Sequence record: OR192075.1
DNA from: Escherichia phage MIZ6
Strand: one strand, 5' to 3'
Length of the DNA stretch: 64,000 nucleotides
A program made the translations under genes and the position numbers. Within the stretch, counting starts at the first letter, position 1. Each line of letters starts with the position of its first letter. The notes beneath the pieces are model-generated. The model was given only the letters and a program-made list of their open reading frames with translations, did not search any database and was not told the origin of the DNA. Below, piece by piece: positions 1-11,867 of this stretch.

Positions 1-1827
<1,827 letters not shown>

Positions 1828-1858
1828 CGATAATGCATAAAAAGATGAGGAAATTCTA

Positions 1859-3862
1859 ATGACTCTATTATCACCGGGTTTCGAAACGAAAGAAACTACT
1901 CTCTCCACTACCATTGTGCAATCTGCGACTGGTCGCGCTGCACTGGTAGGTAAATTCCAATGGGGTCCAGCTTTCCAGATTATTCAAGTAACTAATGAAG
2001 TTGAATTAGTTAATAAATTTGGTCAGCCGGATAATAACACCGCAGACTATTTCATGAGCGGGGCTAACTTCCTCCAGTATGGCAATGACCTGCGTGTTGT
2101 TCGTGTATTGAATAAAGAAAAAGCGAAAAACGCAACTGCCCTAGCTGGTAACATCGAGTTTGAAATCACAAACGAAGGTTCAAACTATGAAGTAGGCGAT
2201 ACCATCAAGATTAAACATAACCGTCAAGATATTGAAACGGCTGGTAAAGTAACTAAAGTTGATGGTGATGGTAAAGTTAAGGGTGTATTTATCCCAACTG
2301 GTAAAATTATCGCTCACGCTAAAGCAATCGGTGTATATCCAGAACTTGATGGCGGTTGGACGGCAGAGTTCACTTCTTCGTCAGGTAACGGTAGTGCGGC
2401 GCTGTCAGTAACTAAAATTGTTACTGATTCCGGTCTTCTGTTAACGGATCTGGAAACTTCCCGCGCCAATATCACAAATCAGACTTTCTTGACTAAACTC
2501 CAGAAGTATGATATGCCAGCGGTAAGCGCGATCTATGCTGGTGAGATTGGCAACTCGCTGGAAGTTGAAATTCTGGCACGTAGCGCGTTCAGTGGCGCGG
2601 TAGCACCTGAATTAACTATATATCCGTTCGGCGGAACTCGTGCCGCAGCACGCAACCTGATTCCATATGCACCGCAGAATGATAATCAATATGCATTTAT
2701 TGTTCGTCGCGATGGTGTTGTGGTAGAATCCTATGTACTGTCTACTCTGAAAGGGGATAAAGACGTATACGGCAATTCTATCTACATGGACGACTTCTTT
2801 GCTCGTGGTTCTAGCCAGTACATCTATGCAACCGCTCAAGGGTGGGTAGATGGTTTCAGTGGTATTATCTCTCTTGCTGGTGGTGTTTCTGCTAACGAAG
2901 CAACGACTGCTGGTGTTGGTGCTGATCCGTTCATCGGTGCGATGATGCAAGGTTGGGATCTGTTTGCTGAACGAGAATCTATTCATGTAAACCTGTTGAT
3001 CGCTGGTGCATGTGCTGGCGAAGGCGATGCGTTCTCTACCGTACAGAAACATGCTGTTTCCATCGGTGATGAGCGTCAGGATTGCTTAGTAATGGTTTCT
3101 CCGCCGCGTAGCACTGTTGTTAATATTCCGGTGACTACCGCAATTGATAACCTGATTGCATGGCGCGAAGGTTCAGGAAACTATAATGAAAACAACATGA
3201 ACATTAATACCACTTACGCGGTTATTGATGGTAACTACAAATATCAGTATGACAAATACAACGACGTAAACCGTTGGGTTCCGTTGGCTGCTGATATTGC
3301 TGGTTTGTGCGCTCGCACTGATGCTGTATCCCAGCCGTGGATGAGTCCGGCAGGTTATAACCGTGGTCAGATCATGAACGTGGTTAAACTGGCAATTGAG
3401 CCTCGCAAGGCGCACCGCGATCGTCTGTACCAGGCCGCAATTAACCCGGTAATCGGTGCTGGTGGTGAAGGGTTTATCCTGATGGGTGATAAAACCGCTA
3501 CGACTGTTCCTAGCCCGTTTGACCGCATTAACGTTCGTCGTCTGTTTAACATGCTGAAAAAGAATATCGGCGATTCAAGCAAATACAAACTGTTTGAAAA
3601 CAACGATAACTTTACTCGCGCTTCCTTCCGTATGGAGGTTTCGCAATATCTCAGCACGATTCGCTCTCTGGGTGGCATTTATGACTTCCGAGTACAATGC
3701 GACACCACGAATAACACGCCGGATGTAATTGATCGTAATGAATTTGTTGCTAGTATGTTCATCAAACCAGCAAAATCGATCAACTATATCATGCTCAATT
3801 TCACTGCTGTTGCAACTGGTGCTGATTTTGACGAAATTATCGGTCCAGCTAACCAGGCATAA
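1859..3862 (+). CDS. 18: Tail sheath protein gp18
   Basis: 667-aa ORF; N-terminus MTLLSPGFETKE and long conserved blocks match T4 gp18. Confidence 0.95.
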   Translation: MTLLSPGFETKETTLSTTIVQSATGRAALVGKFQWGPAFQIIQVTNEVELVNKFGQPDNNTADYFMSGANFLQYGNDLRVVRVLNKEKAKNATALAGNIEFEITNEGSNYEVGDTIKIKHNRQDIETAGKVTKVDGDGKVKGVFIPTGKIIAHAKAIGVYPELDGGWTAEFTSSSGNGSAALSVTKIVTDSGLLLTDLETSRANITNQTFLTKLQKYDMPAVSAIYAGEIGNSLEVEILARSAFSGAVAPELTIYPFGGTRAAARNLIPYAPQNDNQYAFIVRRDGVVVESYVLSTLKGDKDVYGNSIYMDDFFARGSSQYIYATAQGWVDGFSGIISLAGGVSANEATTAGVGADPFIGAMMQGWDLFAERESIHVNLLIAGACAGEGDAFSTVQKHAVSIGDERQDCLVMVSPPRSTVVNIPVTTAIDNLIAWREGSGNYNENNMNINTTYAVIDGNYKYQYDKYNDVNRWVPLAADIAGLCARTDAVSQPWMSPAGYNRGQIMNVVKLAIEPRKAHRDRLYQAAINPVIGAGGEGFILMGDKTATTVPSPFDRINVRRLFNMLKKNIGDSSKYKLFENNDNFTRASFRMEVSQYLSTIRSLGGIYDFRVQCDTTNNTPDVIDRNEFVASMFIKPAKSINYIMLNFTAVATGADFDEIIGPANQA

Positions 3863-3896
3863 TCAGTAAATTAGCATAGATTAAAAGTTAAATCAA

Positions 3897-3915
3897 GCGG
3901 GGAGAAGTTCCCCGC
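3897..3915 (+). other. GC-rich hairpin GCGGGG-AGAAGTT-CCCCGC between genes 18 and 19 (copy 1 of 2 identical)
   Basis: Perfect 6-bp stem, 7-nt loop; no T-run after it; identical 19-mer recurs at 4443..4461. Confidence 0.6.
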
Positions 3916-3935
3916 TCTATTAAGGAATATCAATT

Positions 3936-4430
3936 ATGGCACTCGATTTGAATGATATTACACGCGGTTTCGAGTCTGGCGATTTTGCTCGTCCTAACCT
4001 GTTTGAAGTTGAGATCCCGTATCTGGGGCAAAACTTTAAGCTGATGTGTAAGGCTGCGACTGTCCCGGCTGCTACCGTAGAAAAAATTGCTGTAGGCTAT
4101 CAAAACCGTAAAATTAACATCGCTGGCGACCGTGTATACGACGACTGGACCATCACTGTATTCAACGATGACGCACACAAGATCCGTGATGCTATCGTTG
4201 CATGGAGCGATCAGACACATGGCACAGGTTCGGCGATCACTGGTGCAACTCCTGCACAATATAAGAAACAAGCTATTGTTCGTCAACTTAACCGTAACAC
4301 CGAATCAACTAGCGAAAAAACATTGTACGGTATTTTCCCGACCAACGTTGGTGAAGTAACCCTCGATTGGGAACAAAACAACGAAGTTGAAACGTTTGAA
4401 GTTACTTTTGCTATCGATTGGGTAGAATAA
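3936..4430 (+). CDS. 19: Tail tube protein gp19
   Basis: 164-aa ORF directly after sheath gene; size and position as T4 gp19. Confidence 0.85.
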   Translation: MALDLNDITRGFESGDFARPNLFEVEIPYLGQNFKLMCKAATVPAATVEKIAVGYQNRKINIAGDRVYDDWTITVFNDDAHKIRDAIVAWSDQTHGTGSAITGATPAQYKKQAIVRQLNRNTESTSEKTLYGIFPTNVGEVTLDWEQNNEVETFEVTFAIDWVE

Positions 4431-4442
4431 ATATATTATCAT

Positions 4443-4461
4443 GCGGGGAGAAGTTCCCCGC
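4443..4461 (+). other. GC-rich hairpin GCGGGG-AGAAGTT-CCCCGC between genes 19 and 20 (copy 2)
   Basis: Identical 19-mer to 3897..3915; lies 27 nt before gene 20 ATG. Confidence 0.6.
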
Positions 4462-4488
4462 CTAATTTCTCCCAATTCGAGGTGAATA

Positions 4489-6054
4489 ATGTTTAGTAGA
4501 TTAAAAATGCTTGCGCGTTGGGCTGATTTTGACAACGACAAATACGAAGAACAAATTAAAGATAAAGCAGAGTCTATCGCCGCACCTAAAAACAATGATG
4601 GTGCTACGGAAGTAGAAATTAATGATAATTTACCTGCTAGCGCGTGGAACTCTCTTACCCAGCAATTTTACAGCACCGACCAGAAAATCAGCACAACTAA
4701 GCAATTAGTTAACACATATCGCGGTTTGATGAATAACCATGAAGTCGAAAACGCTGTACAAAATATCGTTAACGATGCGATTGTATTTGAAGAAGGTCAT
4801 GAAGTTGTTTCATTAAATCTTGAGGCGACTGGCTTTAGTGAATCTGTAAAAGAGCGCATTCATGAAGAATTTAAAGATCTTTTAAACACTATCCAGTTTG
4901 ATAGGCGCGGTCAGGATATGTTCCGTCGCTGGTATGTCGATTCGCGTATTTTCTTCCATAAAATCATCGGCAAAAATCCAAAAGATGGTATCGTAGAATT
5001 ACGCCAGCTTGACCCACGTAATCTTGAATACGTTCGAGAGATCATTACAGAAGACACACCGGAAGGTAAAATTTATAAAGCAACGAAAGAATATTTCATT
5101 TACACTGTAGGCAATAGCTCTTATTGCGCAGGTGGTCAAGTATTCTCTCCTAATAGTCGCGTTAAAATCCCGCGTAGTGCTATTACATACGCTCACAGCG
5201 GCTTGATGGATTGCGATGATAAATATATCATTGGTTATTTGCATCGGGCTGTTAAGCCAGCAAACCAGCTTAAATTGTTGGAAGACGCAATGGTCGTTTA
5301 TCGTATCACGCGTGCACCGGAACGCCGAGTGTTCTTTATTGATACCGGAAACATGAACAACCGCAAGGCTGCACAGCACATGAACTCAGTGGCACAGTCT
5401 TTTAAAAACCGCGTTGTTTATGATGCATCGACTGGTAAACTTAAAAACCAGCAAGCAAATCTATCAATGACAGAGGACTACTGGTTACAGCGTCGAGATG
5501 GTAAAGCAATCACCGACGTTACTACTTTACCCGGTGCATCCGGTATGAGTGATATCGATGATATTCGCTACTTTAACCGTAAATTGTATGAAGCGTTGCG
5601 TGTACCATTGTCACGCAGTAATCTCTCCGATGCTAATATGGTGATCGGTGGTGACGGTTCAGAAATTACTCGCGATGAGTTGGAATTTTCGAAATTCATT
5701 AGAACTCTGCAATCACAGTTTTCGGAAGTATTGCGCGATCCTCTGAAATATAATCTGATTCTCAAAAATGTAATTACGGAAGACGATTGGGATCGTGAAA
5801 TAAATAATATCAAGGTGGTTTTCCATCGGGACTCTTATTATACAGAAGTTAAAGACGCGGAAATTTTAGAACGTCGAATCGGTCTAATCGAACGTATTAC
5901 ACCTTACATTGGTAAATATTTCTCTAACCAGACAGTGATGCGTGACATTCTGAAATATACCGATGACCAGATGGACACCGAGAAGAAACAGATCGAAGAA
6001 GAAGCGAACGATCCGCGCTTTAAACAAACTCCCGATGAAATAGAGGATTTTTAA
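4489..6054 (+). CDS. 20: Portal vertex protein gp20
   Basis: 521-aa ORF; blocks such as IGYLHRAVKPANQLKLLEDA and TEDYWLQRRDGKA match T4 gp20. Confidence 0.95.
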   Translation: MFSRLKMLARWADFDNDKYEEQIKDKAESIAAPKNNDGATEVEINDNLPASAWNSLTQQFYSTDQKISTTKQLVNTYRGLMNNHEVENAVQNIVNDAIVFEEGHEVVSLNLEATGFSESVKERIHEEFKDLLNTIQFDRRGQDMFRRWYVDSRIFFHKIIGKNPKDGIVELRQLDPRNLEYVREIITEDTPEGKIYKATKEYFIYTVGNSSYCAGGQVFSPNSRVKIPRSAITYAHSGLMDCDDKYIIGYLHRAVKPANQLKLLEDAMVVYRITRAPERRVFFIDTGNMNNRKAAQHMNSVAQSFKNRVVYDASTGKLKNQQANLSMTEDYWLQRRDGKAITDVTTLPGASGMSDIDDIRYFNRKLYEALRVPLSRSNLSDANMVIGGDGSEITRDELEFSKFIRTLQSQFSEVLRDPLKYNLILKNVITEDDWDREINNIKVVFHRDSYYTEVKDAEILERRIGLIERITPYIGKYFSNQTVMRDILKYTDDQMDTEKKQIEEEANDPRFKQTPDEIEDF

Positions 6055-6297
6055 ATGAAACAATTTATCGAAGCAATTAAAACTCGCGATCTAACGCTGA
6101 TCGAAAAAGAATTTGATAAGATCATGGAGGCTAAAAAAGCCCAGATCATCGAATCCCAGCGTGTCGAAATCGCATCCAGTATCATGATCGAAGGTGAGGA
6201 AGAAAAAGACCGCGATGATGAAGAAGATATGGAAGATGAGGACGACGAAGACGAAGATCGCAAAGACGATAAAAAAGACAAAGAAGACGACGAATAA
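6055..6297 (+). CDS. 67: Prohead core protein gp67-like (acidic C-terminus)
   Basis: 80-aa ORF with Asp/Glu-rich tail, between genes 20 and 21 as in T4. Confidence 0.6.
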   Translation: MKQFIEAIKTRDLTLIEKEFDKIMEAKKAQIIESQRVEIASSIMIEGEEEKDRDDEEDMEDEDDEDEDRKDDKKDKEDDE

Positions 6298-6309
6298 TAG
6301 GAAGCCAAC

Positions 6310-6717
6310 ATGATTAAAGATTTTACTCCTAAAGCTGACTTAGAAACTTTTCTGCCGGAAGCACAGGAAAAATTGGACATGTTGGCTATGTTTGAGTCAG
6401 AAGAACTATTGAAAATCGTTGAAGGTATCTCCGAGGATGAGCCGGAACTGGCGGTAGCAATGCTGTCTATCATCGACGGAATTACTGTAAATGAAGCAAT
6501 GGTTAAACATGTAAACGCACGCGGGGAAGTTGCACGTAAGAAAGATCGCAAAACCCGTGAGCGCAATGCTTACATGACTACTGGCCTAAGCAAAGCTAAA
6601 CGCCGTCAAATTGCCCGTCGTGCTGCAAAAACCAAACGTGCAAATCCATCTATCGAACGTCATGCGGAACGTAAGCGCAAAAAAGCAATGCGTAAACGTA
6701 AGGCGTTAGGATTATAA
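6310..6717 (+). CDS. 68: Prohead core protein gp68-like
   Basis: 135-aa ORF with basic C-terminus; position between 67 and 21. Confidence 0.55.
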   Translation: MIKDFTPKADLETFLPEAQEKLDMLAMFESEELLKIVEGISEDEPELAVAMLSIIDGITVNEAMVKHVNARGEVARKKDRKTRERNAYMTTGLSKAKRRQIARRAAKTKRANPSIERHAERKRKKAMRKRKALGL

Positions 6718-6728
6718 CAGGAAACAAC

Positions 6729-7424
6729 ATGGAAAAGAACGAATTACTGATCGAACAATGGGGCGTTCCTTGTGCTCGCGGTAGTTCGTCATTGCTTGAA
6801 TCATTTGATGATAAGGCTACAGGAAATCTCTATATTCAAGGGATTTTCCTGCAAGCCGAAACGGTAAACCGCAATAAACGCTGGTATCCTCGCAGTGTTC
6901 TCGAAAATGCGGTTACTAAATACATACATGAACAAGTTGAGACACATCAAGCTCTAGGCGAACTTAATCACCCAGCAAGAGCAATGCCAGATCCATCTAA
7001 TGCTTGCATCATAATTGAAAAATTATGGTGGGAAGGTAATAACGTGATGGGTAAAGCCCGTGTTATTGAAGGGGATAAAGGCGCAGGTGATAAACTTGCT
7101 GCACTGATTCGCGCTGGCTGGATTCCTGGCGTTTCCTCCCGTGGGTTGGGTCGGTTGAAAGACTCTGGTCGCGGATACAATATTGTACAGGAAGGTTTTG
7201 TGTTGACGGTTGGTGTTGATGTTGTATGGGGTCCGAGCGCACCAGATGCGTGGGTAACTCCGGTGGTTGAGTCAACGGATAGCGATTCTAGCGCGTCAGA
7301 CGCACCAGAAATCGATAAAACCGAAAAAGTGACTAACCCTACAGCCTCGCAACAAAACATCGTAGAATCGAATAATAGCGCGTTTATGGCGCTCGCAGAA
7401 GCGTTATCTAAACGCTATAAATAA
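6729..7424 (+). CDS. 21: Prohead core protease gp21
   Basis: 231-aa ORF; ALGELNHP and AGWIPGVSSRGLG blocks match T4 gp21. Confidence 0.9.
   Translation: MEKNELLIEQWGVPCARGSSSLLESFDDKATGNLYIQGIFLQAETVNRNKRWYPRSVLENAVTKYIHEQVETHQALGELNHPARAMPDPSNACIIIEKLWWEGNNVMGKARVIEGDKGAGDKLAALIRAGWIPGVSSRGLGRLKDSGRGYNIVQEGFVLTVGVDVVWGPSAPDAWVTPVVESTDSDSSASDAPEIDKTEKVTNPTASQQNIVESNNSAFMALAEALSKRYK
7416..7423 (+). promoter_or_regulatory. Late promoter TATAAATA upstream of gene 22
   Basis: Exact TATAAATA overlapping gene 21 stop, 33 nt before gene 22 ATG. Confidence 0.7.
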
Positions 7425-7455
7425 TAACGTCGTTATCAACAAGAAGGTTATAACC

Positions 7456-8250
7456 ATGCTTAAAGAAATGCTGCTCGAAGAAGCAAAACAGATCACCGTA
7501 GACGTTGCTCTCGATGACCTGTTTGAATCCGTCGAACTGTCGCCGGAAGTAAAAGAAAATTTTGGTACTATCTACGCTCAGGCGGTAAAAGCTAATGCTG
7601 TTGCTCTGGCAGAAAGCCACATTGAAAAAATCGCCGCTAAAGCCGATGAACTGGTAGAATCAAAGGTCGAAGAAGCACGCACCGAGATTGAAACCAAACT
7701 GTACGAAGATGCAGATAAATTCCTGAATCACTTAGGCGCTAAATGGCTGGCAGAAAATAAAGAAGCCGTCACCCGTAATATTAAAGCGGATCTGTGCGAA
7801 TCCCTGATTGGTTCTCTGAAAGATGTTTTCGTTACTCACAATGTTGTAGTACCGGAAGAATCTGTAGACGTTGTTGCTGAACTTGACGAAGCACTCAAAG
7901 AAGAAAAAGAAAAAACCTCTGAACTCTTTGATGCCAAACTGCAACTTGAAAGCGAAATTCGTGGCATGAAGCGCGAACAAGCGATCAATGAAAGCACTCG
8001 TGATCTTTCCGATACTCAGAAAGAAAAAGTAACCGCGCTGATTGAAGGTCTGGAATATAGCGAAACTTTCGATAAGAAATTAACTGCAATTGTCGAAATG
8101 GTTGCTAAGAAAGAAGACAAACCAGCGAAGATTGAAGAATCACTAAATACTGATGCCGACAAGCTGAATGTTATTGCAGAAGCTGTCGAAGAATCAGAGA
8201 AAAAGGCAACTGTAGATTCCGGCGTATCCCGCTACCTGAATTTCATCTAA
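7456..8250 (+). CDS. 22: Prohead core scaffold protein gp22
   Basis: 264-aa acidic, helix-rich ORF between 21 and 23. Confidence 0.8.
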   Translation: MLKEMLLEEAKQITVDVALDDLFESVELSPEVKENFGTIYAQAVKANAVALAESHIEKIAAKADELVESKVEEARTEIETKLYEDADKFLNHLGAKWLAENKEAVTRNIKADLCESLIGSLKDVFVTHNVVVPEESVDVVAELDEALKEEKEKTSELFDAKLQLESEIRGMKREQAINESTRDLSDTQKEKVTALIEGLEYSETFDKKLTAIVEMVAKKEDKPAKIEESLNTDADKLNVIAEAVEESEKKATVDSGVSRYLNFI

Positions 8251-8268
8251 TGTAATTCAAATCTACTT

Positions 8269-8276
8269 TATAAATA
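8269..8276 (+). promoter_or_regulatory. Late promoter TATAAATA upstream of gene 23
   Basis: Exact TATAAATA 34 nt upstream of gene 23 ATG. Confidence 0.75.
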
Positions 8277-8309
8277 CTTTAGGTTAACAACAAACAAGGT
8301 TTAAAGAAC

Positions 8310-9908
8310 ATGAAAACTACCAAAGAACTGATGGAAAAATGGTCCCCGCTGCTGGAGAACGAAAAACTGCCGGAAATCGCAACTGCGTCTAAGCAGAAAC
8401 TGGTTGCTAAAATTCTGGAATCTCAGGAAGCGGATTTTGCTGTAGACCCGATCTATAAGGATGAAAAAGTTGTTGAAGCATTCGGTGGCTTTATCGCAGA
8501 AGCCGAAGTTGCTGGCGACCACGGTTATGACGCATCTCACATCGCGGCTGGTCAGACTACTGGTGCAATCACCAACGTAGGTCCGGCTGTTATCGGTATG
8601 GTTCGCCGTGCTATCCCTAACCTGATCGCATTTGATATTTGTGGTGTTCAGCCGATGAGCACTCCGACTAGCCAGATCTTTGCAATCCGTTCTGTATACG
8701 GTCCAGATCCGCTGGCAGGTGGCAATGCTCAGAATGTTCGTGAAGCATTCCATCCGATGTATGCACCTGATGCGTTCCATAGCTCTCTTGCTGCTAAAGG
8801 TGCAACTGTAGGTTCACCAACTGGTACTGCATTCGCTAAACTAACTCTCAGTACTCCGATTGATGCAGGTGATATTGTACATCACACCTTCGCAGAAACT
8901 GGCATTGCGTATCTGCAAAACGTTACCGCAGAACAAGTAACCCCGACCAAAGCTGGCAGCGAGTCCGAAGATGAAGTTGTCATGAAGCTGATGGAAGAAG
9001 GTAAACTGGCTGAAATCGCTTTCGGTATGGCGACTTCCATTGCCGAAATTCAGGAAGGCTTTAACGGTTCCAGCAATAACCCGTGGGCTGAAATGTCAAT
9101 GCGTATTGACAAACAGGTTGTTGAAGCGAAATCTCGCCAACTGAAAGCCCGTTACTCTATCGAAGTTGCGCAGGATCTGCGTGCTGTACACGGTATGGAT
9201 GCTGACGCTGAACTGAATGCTATCCTGGCTAACGAAGTTCTGCTTGAAATCAACCGTGAAATCGTTGACGTCATCAACTTTACCGCTCAGGTTGGTAAGA
9301 CTGGTATGACTCAGACCGTTGGTTCTAAAGCTGGTGTATTTGACCTGCAAGACCCGATCGATACTCGCGGTGCTCGTTGGGCTGGTGAATCCTTCAAATC
9401 TCTGATCTACCAGATCGACAAAGAAGCTGCTGAAATCGCTCGTCAGACTGGTCGCGGTGCTGGTAACTTTGTTATCGCTTCCCGTAACGTTGTAAACATT
9501 CTTGCTTCTGCTGATCAGGGTATCAGTCTTGCTATGCAGGGTGCTGCAAAAGGTCTGAATACCGACACCACTAAAGCTGTGTTCGCTGGTGTTCTGGCTG
9601 GTAAGTACAAAGTGTTCATCGACCAGTATGCTCGTCAAGACTACTTCACCGTAGGTTACAAAGGCGACAACGAAATGGATGCTGGTATCTACTATGCTCC
9701 GTATGTTGCTCTGACTCCGCTGCGTGCAACTGACCCGCAGTCTTTCCACCCGGTTCTGGGCTTCAAGACTCGCTATGGCATCGGCATTAACCCGTTTGCA
9801 GACAGCAAATCCCAGGCACCGTCCGCTCGCATCACCTCCGGTATGTTGAGCAAAGACAGCGTAGGTAAAAACGCATACTTCCGTCGTGTATGGGTTAAAG
9901 GTTGCTAA
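8310..9908 (+). CDS. 23: Major capsid protein gp23
   Basis: 532-aa ORF; typical T4 gp23 N-terminal propeptide region and conserved core blocks. Confidence 0.95.
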   Translation: MKTTKELMEKWSPLLENEKLPEIATASKQKLVAKILESQEADFAVDPIYKDEKVVEAFGGFIAEAEVAGDHGYDASHIAAGQTTGAITNVGPAVIGMVRRAIPNLIAFDICGVQPMSTPTSQIFAIRSVYGPDPLAGGNAQNVREAFHPMYAPDAFHSSLAAKGATVGSPTGTAFAKLTLSTPIDAGDIVHHTFAETGIAYLQNVTAEQVTPTKAGSESEDEVVMKLMEEGKLAEIAFGMATSIAEIQEGFNGSSNNPWAEMSMRIDKQVVEAKSRQLKARYSIEVAQDLRAVHGMDADAELNAILANEVLLEINREIVDVINFTAQVGKTGMTQTVGSKAGVFDLQDPIDTRGARWAGESFKSLIYQIDKEAAEIARQTGRGAGNFVIASRNVVNILASADQGISLAMQGAAKGLNTDTTKAVFAGVLAGKYKVFIDQYARQDYFTVGYKGDNEMDAGIYYAPYVALTPLRATDPQSFHPVLGFKTRYGIGINPFADSKSQAPSARITSGMLSKDSVGKNAYFRRVWVKGC

Positions 9909-9994
9909 TATAAGCCAATTCCTGAAAAACTCCGGTCGGGTGCAATACCCGACTTATCATAAACCTTATGACAGTGTAAAGTGTTAATTCCAAA

Positions 9995-10023
9995 GGGAAG
10001 ACTCGAAAGGGTCTTCCCTTTTT
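9995..10023 (+). terminator. Rho-independent terminator after gene 23
   Basis: Stem GGGAAGAC/GTCTTCCC, loop TCGAAAGG, followed by TTTTT. Confidence 0.75.
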
Positions 10024-10039
10024 GCGTATTATATCCCGT

Positions 10040-10047
10040 TATAAATA
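10040..10047 (+). promoter_or_regulatory. Late promoter TATAAATA downstream of gene 23 terminator
   Basis: Exact TATAAATA; precedes a ~340-nt leader and a small ORF. Confidence 0.5.
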
Positions 10048-10388
10048 AGGTTGCAAGCCTATATTCTACTGGGAGCGAAAATAGATACACACAACAAAGA
10101 CAGGAAGATGCAGAACATCGGTGGCTATGATATGTGTGATTGCTTTTGATGCTGGATTTATTAAAACACAACAAACAATTCCACCAATTTTCGTAGTAAC
10201 TGCATGGCAAAGGGACCAATGAATGAAATGAGCGTTCATGTTGATATTGGGTCGGATAGATTTGGTAGATATACAGATCTGGTGTATGCCGACCTTGTTA
10301 TGACATTCCAGCGTGACGCTAGCGGTAATTTTTGGTTTTGGTACGCTGTTCCCTGAATTAACCCAAAATTCTCCATAAGGAGGAATGC

Positions 10389-10541
10389 ATGAGTAAGAAA
10401 GAAAACAGCTATGTTATGACTCGTAAGGAATACAACGAATTGATGTTAGCATTAGCTTATGCAATTATTCGTTCTGATCATGCAATTAATCTGGTAAACA
10501 AAGTTAACCGTAGCGTTGATAATGTTTCTAGGAAGAAGTAA
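10389..10541 (+). CDS. Hypothetical small protein (50 aa)
   Basis: ATG preceded by AAGGAGG at 10377..10383; followed by terminator hairpin. Confidence 0.4.
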   Translation: MSKKENSYVMTRKEYNELMLALAYAIIRSDHAINLVNKVNRSVDNVSRKK

Positions 10542-10551
10542 GTTTATTTTT

Positions 10552-10580
10552 GGAATCCTTCGGATTCCTTTTTCTTTTTG
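10552..10580 (+). terminator. Rho-independent terminator
   Basis: Stem GGAATCC/GGATTCC, loop TTC, then T-run. Confidence 0.6.
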
Positions 10581-10588
10581 TATAAATA
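10581..10588 (+). promoter_or_regulatory. Late promoter TATAAATA upstream of gene 24
   Basis: Exact TATAAATA 38 nt upstream of ATG at 10626. Confidence 0.7.
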
Positions 10589-10625
10589 TGATATATCCAT
10601 TAAGGCAAATACAGGATTCATAAAC

Positions 10626-11867
10626 ATGACTCATATTTTTACTGAACTGTTGCGGGAATCTACTTCCTCAGTAGCTAACCAGACAGCGCGACCGCAACTA
10701 TTATCATTAACTCGCGCGGTAAACAACCTGATTTTCTCTGATCTGGTAGCAATCCAGCCAACGGATCAACCAGTATCTGCATTGTACGGCCTACGTTATC
10801 TTAATCATGATGGTCAGATGACTTTCCGAACTGCTGCAACCTACGGTGGCGCGGTTGGTGATCGCACAGAGATTGAAGAGTTTTCAAAAGAAAAATCTTA
10901 TGAAGAAGGCGCACTATTCAAATCAGGCGATGTTGTATACGAAGTTGTGACCGCTGGTACAGTCGGTGAAGATGCCGCAACTCCAGAAGCTGCGATCTTT
11001 AAAGGCGTAATGACAAACAAAATTCGTTTCTATAGCGATTGTGCATCGGTAGAATACTTTGAAGATAAAAACACCGAAATTGCGTCTACCTCTATGCAGT
11101 TTGACAAGTGGCAAGTTAATGTAGGTTCTCGTAAACTGAAAACCTCGTTCACCACTGAATTAATGCAGGATCTTGAGGCAAGCCAAATCAACTCTGAAAA
11201 CTCTGTAATTGATCTTCTGGCTACTGTTGCTTCCGAAGAGATCAACAAAGATATTATTCAGAAGTTGATCACTGTATCATCTCGCTATAAAATTAAAGGG
11301 ATCACCCCTGATGGCGTACTTTCTCTCGTTAGCGTTCAGGATGCACCAACACAAGCGCGTGAACTTTACCGCTATGCTTGCGAGATGAGCAATCAAATGT
11401 TGCGGACTTCCTCCTTTGCTGGTACATACGTTTTGGCGTCTTCTCGCGTGGTTGGCCTCCTGCAATCTTCCGGTTGGATGGAAGAAACCGACAATGCTCT
11501 AAGCGAAGGTCGTCTACGTTGCGGTCTGGAAGTGTACGCAGACACGACAACACCTTTCGATTATATGCTCGTTGGTTGTAAGCACATGATCGGTGATATG
11601 GAGAGTGTAGGTTCTCTGTTCTACTCCCCATATACAGAAGCCGACGGCGCTGGCGCGTATAAGAGTGTAATTGACCCTAATAGCTTCCAGCATCATGTAG
11701 CTATTATGAATCGTTATTCACTCTCTGTCAACCCATACACATCAAAAGTTGATCAGGAAGAACACCAGGTCATCAAGGGTGACGATTGGGGTAAAATGGC
11801 TGGACGTTCAGAAATGTCCTACATTTTAGGAATCGAACTGCCACCGCTTGAGATTGACAACGCTTAA
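10626..11867 (+). CDS. 24: Capsid vertex protein gp24
   Basis: Start moved to ATG 10626 (MTHIFTELLRES aligns with T4 gp24 N-terminus); track start 10578 is TTG inside the promoter box. Confidence 0.9.
   Translation: MTHIFTELLRESTSSVANQTARPQLLSLTRAVNNLIFSDLVAIQPTDQPVSALYGLRYLNHDGQMTFRTAATYGGAVGDRTEIEEFSKEKSYEEGALFKSGDVVYEVVTAGTVGEDAATPEAAIFKGVMTNKIRFYSDCASVEYFEDKNTEIASTSMQFDKWQVNVGSRKLKTSFTTELMQDLEASQINSENSVIDLLATVASEEINKDIIQKLITVSSRYKIKGITPDGVLSLVSVQDAPTQARELYRYACEMSNQMLRTSSFAGTYVLASSRVVGLLQSSGWMEETDNALSEGRLRCGLEVYADTTTPFDYMLVGCKHMIGDMESVGSLFYSPYTEADGAGAYKSVIDPNSFQHHVAIMNRYSLSVNPYTSKVDQEEHQVIKGDDWGKMAGRSEMSYILGIELPPLEIDNA

Noticed and set aside
6051-6566. 171-aa Ser-rich minus-strand ORF
   Set aside because: Antisense to genes 67/68; the Ser-rich translation is the mirror of their acidic codon bias.
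9905-10219. 104-aa minus-strand ORF
   Set aside because: Spans the gene 23 terminator and a late promoter, has no RBS and a Cys/His-rich low-complexity translation.
10578-10625. Track start of gene 24 at 10578 (TTG)
   Set aside because: The extension would begin inside the TATAAATA late promoter; ATG at 10626 aligns with the T4 gp24 N-terminus.
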